Assembly (NCBI GenBank): GCA_008632985.1
Contig: QPGO01000186.1
Span: 62,001 to 126,000 of the forward strand
Direction: 5' to 3'
Source: Psammoneis japonica
Taxonomy: Eukaryota
Length of the DNA stretch: 64,000 nucleotides
In this document: positions 61,396-64,000 of the stretch, in pieces
How the letters are laid out: each line of letters starts with the position of its first letter
How positions within the stretch are numbered: position 1 is the stretch's first letter
The notes under the pieces: model-generated
Databases searched by the model: none
Told to the model about the DNA's origin: nothing
What the model saw: the letters and a program-made list of their open reading frames with translations, nothing else
Position numbers and translations under genes: made by a program

Positions 61396-63107
61396 TCATG
61401 AATTTCGAAATGCGTCTCGCGCTTACGGCTGTCTGGTTCATCACTGCTTTCAGAACGGCGATTGCGTCAATTTCCCAACGACGACTCCCCATTGTCGTCC
61501 ACTCAAAGGCAATCCTGATAACTTCTGTTGGCAAGTTCTTTCTCAAAGAAGATCCTTCGGCTCAAGTCCGAGCTTTTGCGCATGTTTGCGGAGTGTTGCT
61601 CTTGCTGCCTTGATTTCCCTGGTATTTTCTGGCTTGCCCGTGAAGACTCTCCTTTTCACAAGGATTTTTCTATTCACGTGAGCTTGTTTATTTTCTTCAT
61701 CAGAAGTAGTCCATTCGGAGCCCGATCCTGTTGACACTGAACTCATATCAGAAGAATCGAATGAATTGCCTTGTTTGTTCGCAAAGAAGTCAATTGCTGT
61801 CGAATCCACAGAAGAATCTGACGTTACCAATGAATTCAGAATCCCTTCTAACTCTTGCTCGTCATCAACTGTCTCAGTTTTGCTTTCAACAACAGAAGCT
61901 AATTCGGTCTCTTCTTCTATTGGGACGCACCCGCAGAGGAAAGTATTGCCAAAGATGGATGCCGGTGATTCATCGGATTGGGGATGGAAATCTGCGGGTT
62001 TTTTCGCAGCGGAGTCCGGTCTCATTGAGAGAAGCTTTGTTCTTGAACTGGCGTCTGAGCTACTGGAAATCGAGGTGGATGCAAGATGCATTTCGCTTGA
62101 GGCTTGTTCCTTCTCCACATTGATGCTTTTTTCTTGCTCGCGACCAACGAAGGTCGCGGCAGAGTTTTCACCATTACCCGAAGAGATGAAGTTCCTTCCA
62201 GCCTGAACGCACTGGAAGGATCTCTCGGAAACCTTTTCTTTTTTCCTGACTTAAAAATTTTCCCTCGCCGCGTTTTGGTTTCCGAACCGCTAATCACCGC
62301 CTTGGCTTTTTGTGGCAACGGTTTAATGGGAAGAGCCATGGTCTCGGACCCTTCTTCATCCCCAGTGACCACCAACGATGCCAACCCAAGAGTAATCATG
62401 TCCTTTCCTCTACAGAGACCAATGTGAATATCAATAGACTCTGTTCCGTAGTAGGTGTTCGAATTGATTCCATTCTTGTCCGCCAAGTTGGTATCCTTCA
62501 GCATCATTCGTGACAGGGTGAAGGACGCTCTATCAATCTCCCCATGCTGCTCCGCAAATGAGTGACTCTCTGTTGGCCAATATGCTACGTAGTTTTGTTC
62601 ACGCGGTTTCGTTGACTCTGTCACTTGTAATGGATGGCTTGGTATATGAGTTGCAATCATTGTGTTGCTGCTGGTAACGTTTCTTTGAAAGGTGACAACA
62701 GCTGTCGTCGGAGTTTGATCAAAGTTCATGCCCGAGTCAGTGGACATATCTAGAGACGACAACGATGATATAGTTGAGCCTTTTGCACTTGTTTCGGAGA
62801 CACTTGGACTCGGTAGTGATCTACGAGTAGAAGCCGTAGCCGAGTATGAACCTGACGTAAGCTTTTCCTTCTTTTTCTTCTTCGGGTTGACCTCCCTTAC
62901 AATTCCCGTAAGTCCAAGTACAGTTACTTTGACCTCCACTAGCTCATAATCATGGTTTGCTCTACTTCCAAAAGTACTTCCTAATGATTCACATGATGGC
63001 TGATAGCCAGAAATCGAGTTTTCGCCAAAATTGAAAGAATGGGAATCTCGATTTGGCGGAAGAGGTGGTCTCGTTGATGGAGTGCCTTGCGAGATTGTTC
63101 CAGGCAT
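61396..63107 (-). CDS. Hypothetical protein (frameshifted)
   Basis: Overlapping minus-strand ORFs 62022-63140 and 61543-62118; ends approximate. Confidence 0.55.
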
Positions 63108-63514
63108 GATCGCACAACAGAAAATGCTGCTTCTGGGCAATCTTTATCGTTCGGCCTCGAAAAGAATTGTGTAAATGCGACAAAAGCTGTTGCCAAGTTC
63201 TCTATTTTGGCTTTGTGGCGAGCTTTGAAGGCTTCGTTGTCAGCTTTGTGAGGCTGCGTGACAAACAATTAGAAGATTTAGCGAGTATGTACGTTTATAT
63301 ATTCGATATCAACATCAAAAAAAGTGATAAAGAAACTTGTTTCACAGACATTTCTTGGCTAGATCTTTAATCGATTAATACATTCATTTATGACTTTGGT
63401 CATAGTAGAAATAACGGCTTCCTTTATTTAAAACAAATCCACAAAGTGAAAATATTATTATTATATACATACTCTTAAATAACACACACGCGTGTGTAGC
63501 ACACGCGCTATGTA

Positions 63515-63731
63515 TGATAGAGTAGACTAGCTAGAGCCTCTACTCTATCGAGTCTAGTAGCCTAGTCTCTCTGAGTAGCTACTCTCTCTCCAGTGGAGAG
63601 TAGAGTAGAGAGCGCTAGAGAGAGAGAGAGACGACTCTAGAGTAGAGAGTAGGGCCGGCCCTCTAGCTAGCTCTAGCTAGAGTAGACTACGACTAGTTCA
63701 AAATAGCACGGACTCTACTCTAGCTAGTAGA
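63515..63731. repeat. TAG/CTA/GA low-complexity tract
   Basis: Scrambled tagag, ctag and ctact units; similar tracts at about 7968-7995, 46310-46415 and 48868-48905. Confidence 0.8.
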
Positions 63732-64000
63732 CCTCCCGCAAAACATACGGTAAGTATGCATCAGAAAAAGCGATTTACAAAAAGACTCTAAGTACAAAAG
63801 AAAGTGCCGTAGTCAAGACTAGCAACAAAGCTTGAAGCGTCAAAACCAAACTCATTCCATGACGAGTGGCTCCCCGCCACCGCCATTTTGTTCCCGAACA
63901 TCATTGATTAGATCAGTATCTACTTTCAATACACCCTTTTCATCTTTGTAAAGAAGGTTCACGAATTGGTATCCAATACTTAAGTCCACAAAATCATATA

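Noticed and set aside
46708..63107. Programmed frameshifting or mass pseudogenisation (lipase, PAO-like, 52.6, 55.3 and 62 kb genes; also FTO)
   Set aside because: Scattered single-base indels in otherwise intact genes are more simply long-read consensus errors; needs read-level confirmation.

Overview
Eukaryotic window, most likely a diatom: ASAFAP-like bipartite plastid presequences, short GT-AG introns, an FTO homologue and HA-domain proteins. Two ordinary gene-dense arms (about 0.4-14.5 kb and 42.3-63.1 kb) encode an HA-domain protein, an ammonium transporter, thylakoid lumen proteins, INTS7, an FTO-ASCH fusion, a ThrE exporter, an acyltransferase, a class-3 lipase, a PAO-like Rieske oxygenase, a PI-PLC-like protein, an SGNH hydrolase and an SRPBCC protein. 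Several carry single-base frameshifts that look like assembly errors. Between the arms are two compositionally aberrant islands (about 14.95-36.85 kb and 39.66-41.95 kb) made of dead transposon and duplicated DNA, including a Plavaka transposase relic. In these islands both CpG and TpA are nearly eliminated and TpG/CpA are strongly enriched. CpG decay is expected from 5mC deamination, but the TpA loss is not. Internal comparisons (duplicated copies, a young tandem array, a palindromic repeat, Tyr-to-Cys/His changes in conserved motifs, and a GTAAGT-to-GCAAGT splice donor) indicate TA>TG/CA transitions, i.e. A>G preferentially in TAY context. The main finding is this candidate RIP-like, repeat-targeted adenine hypermutation system. 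All composition statements are by eye and need computing; no database or literature search was possible.
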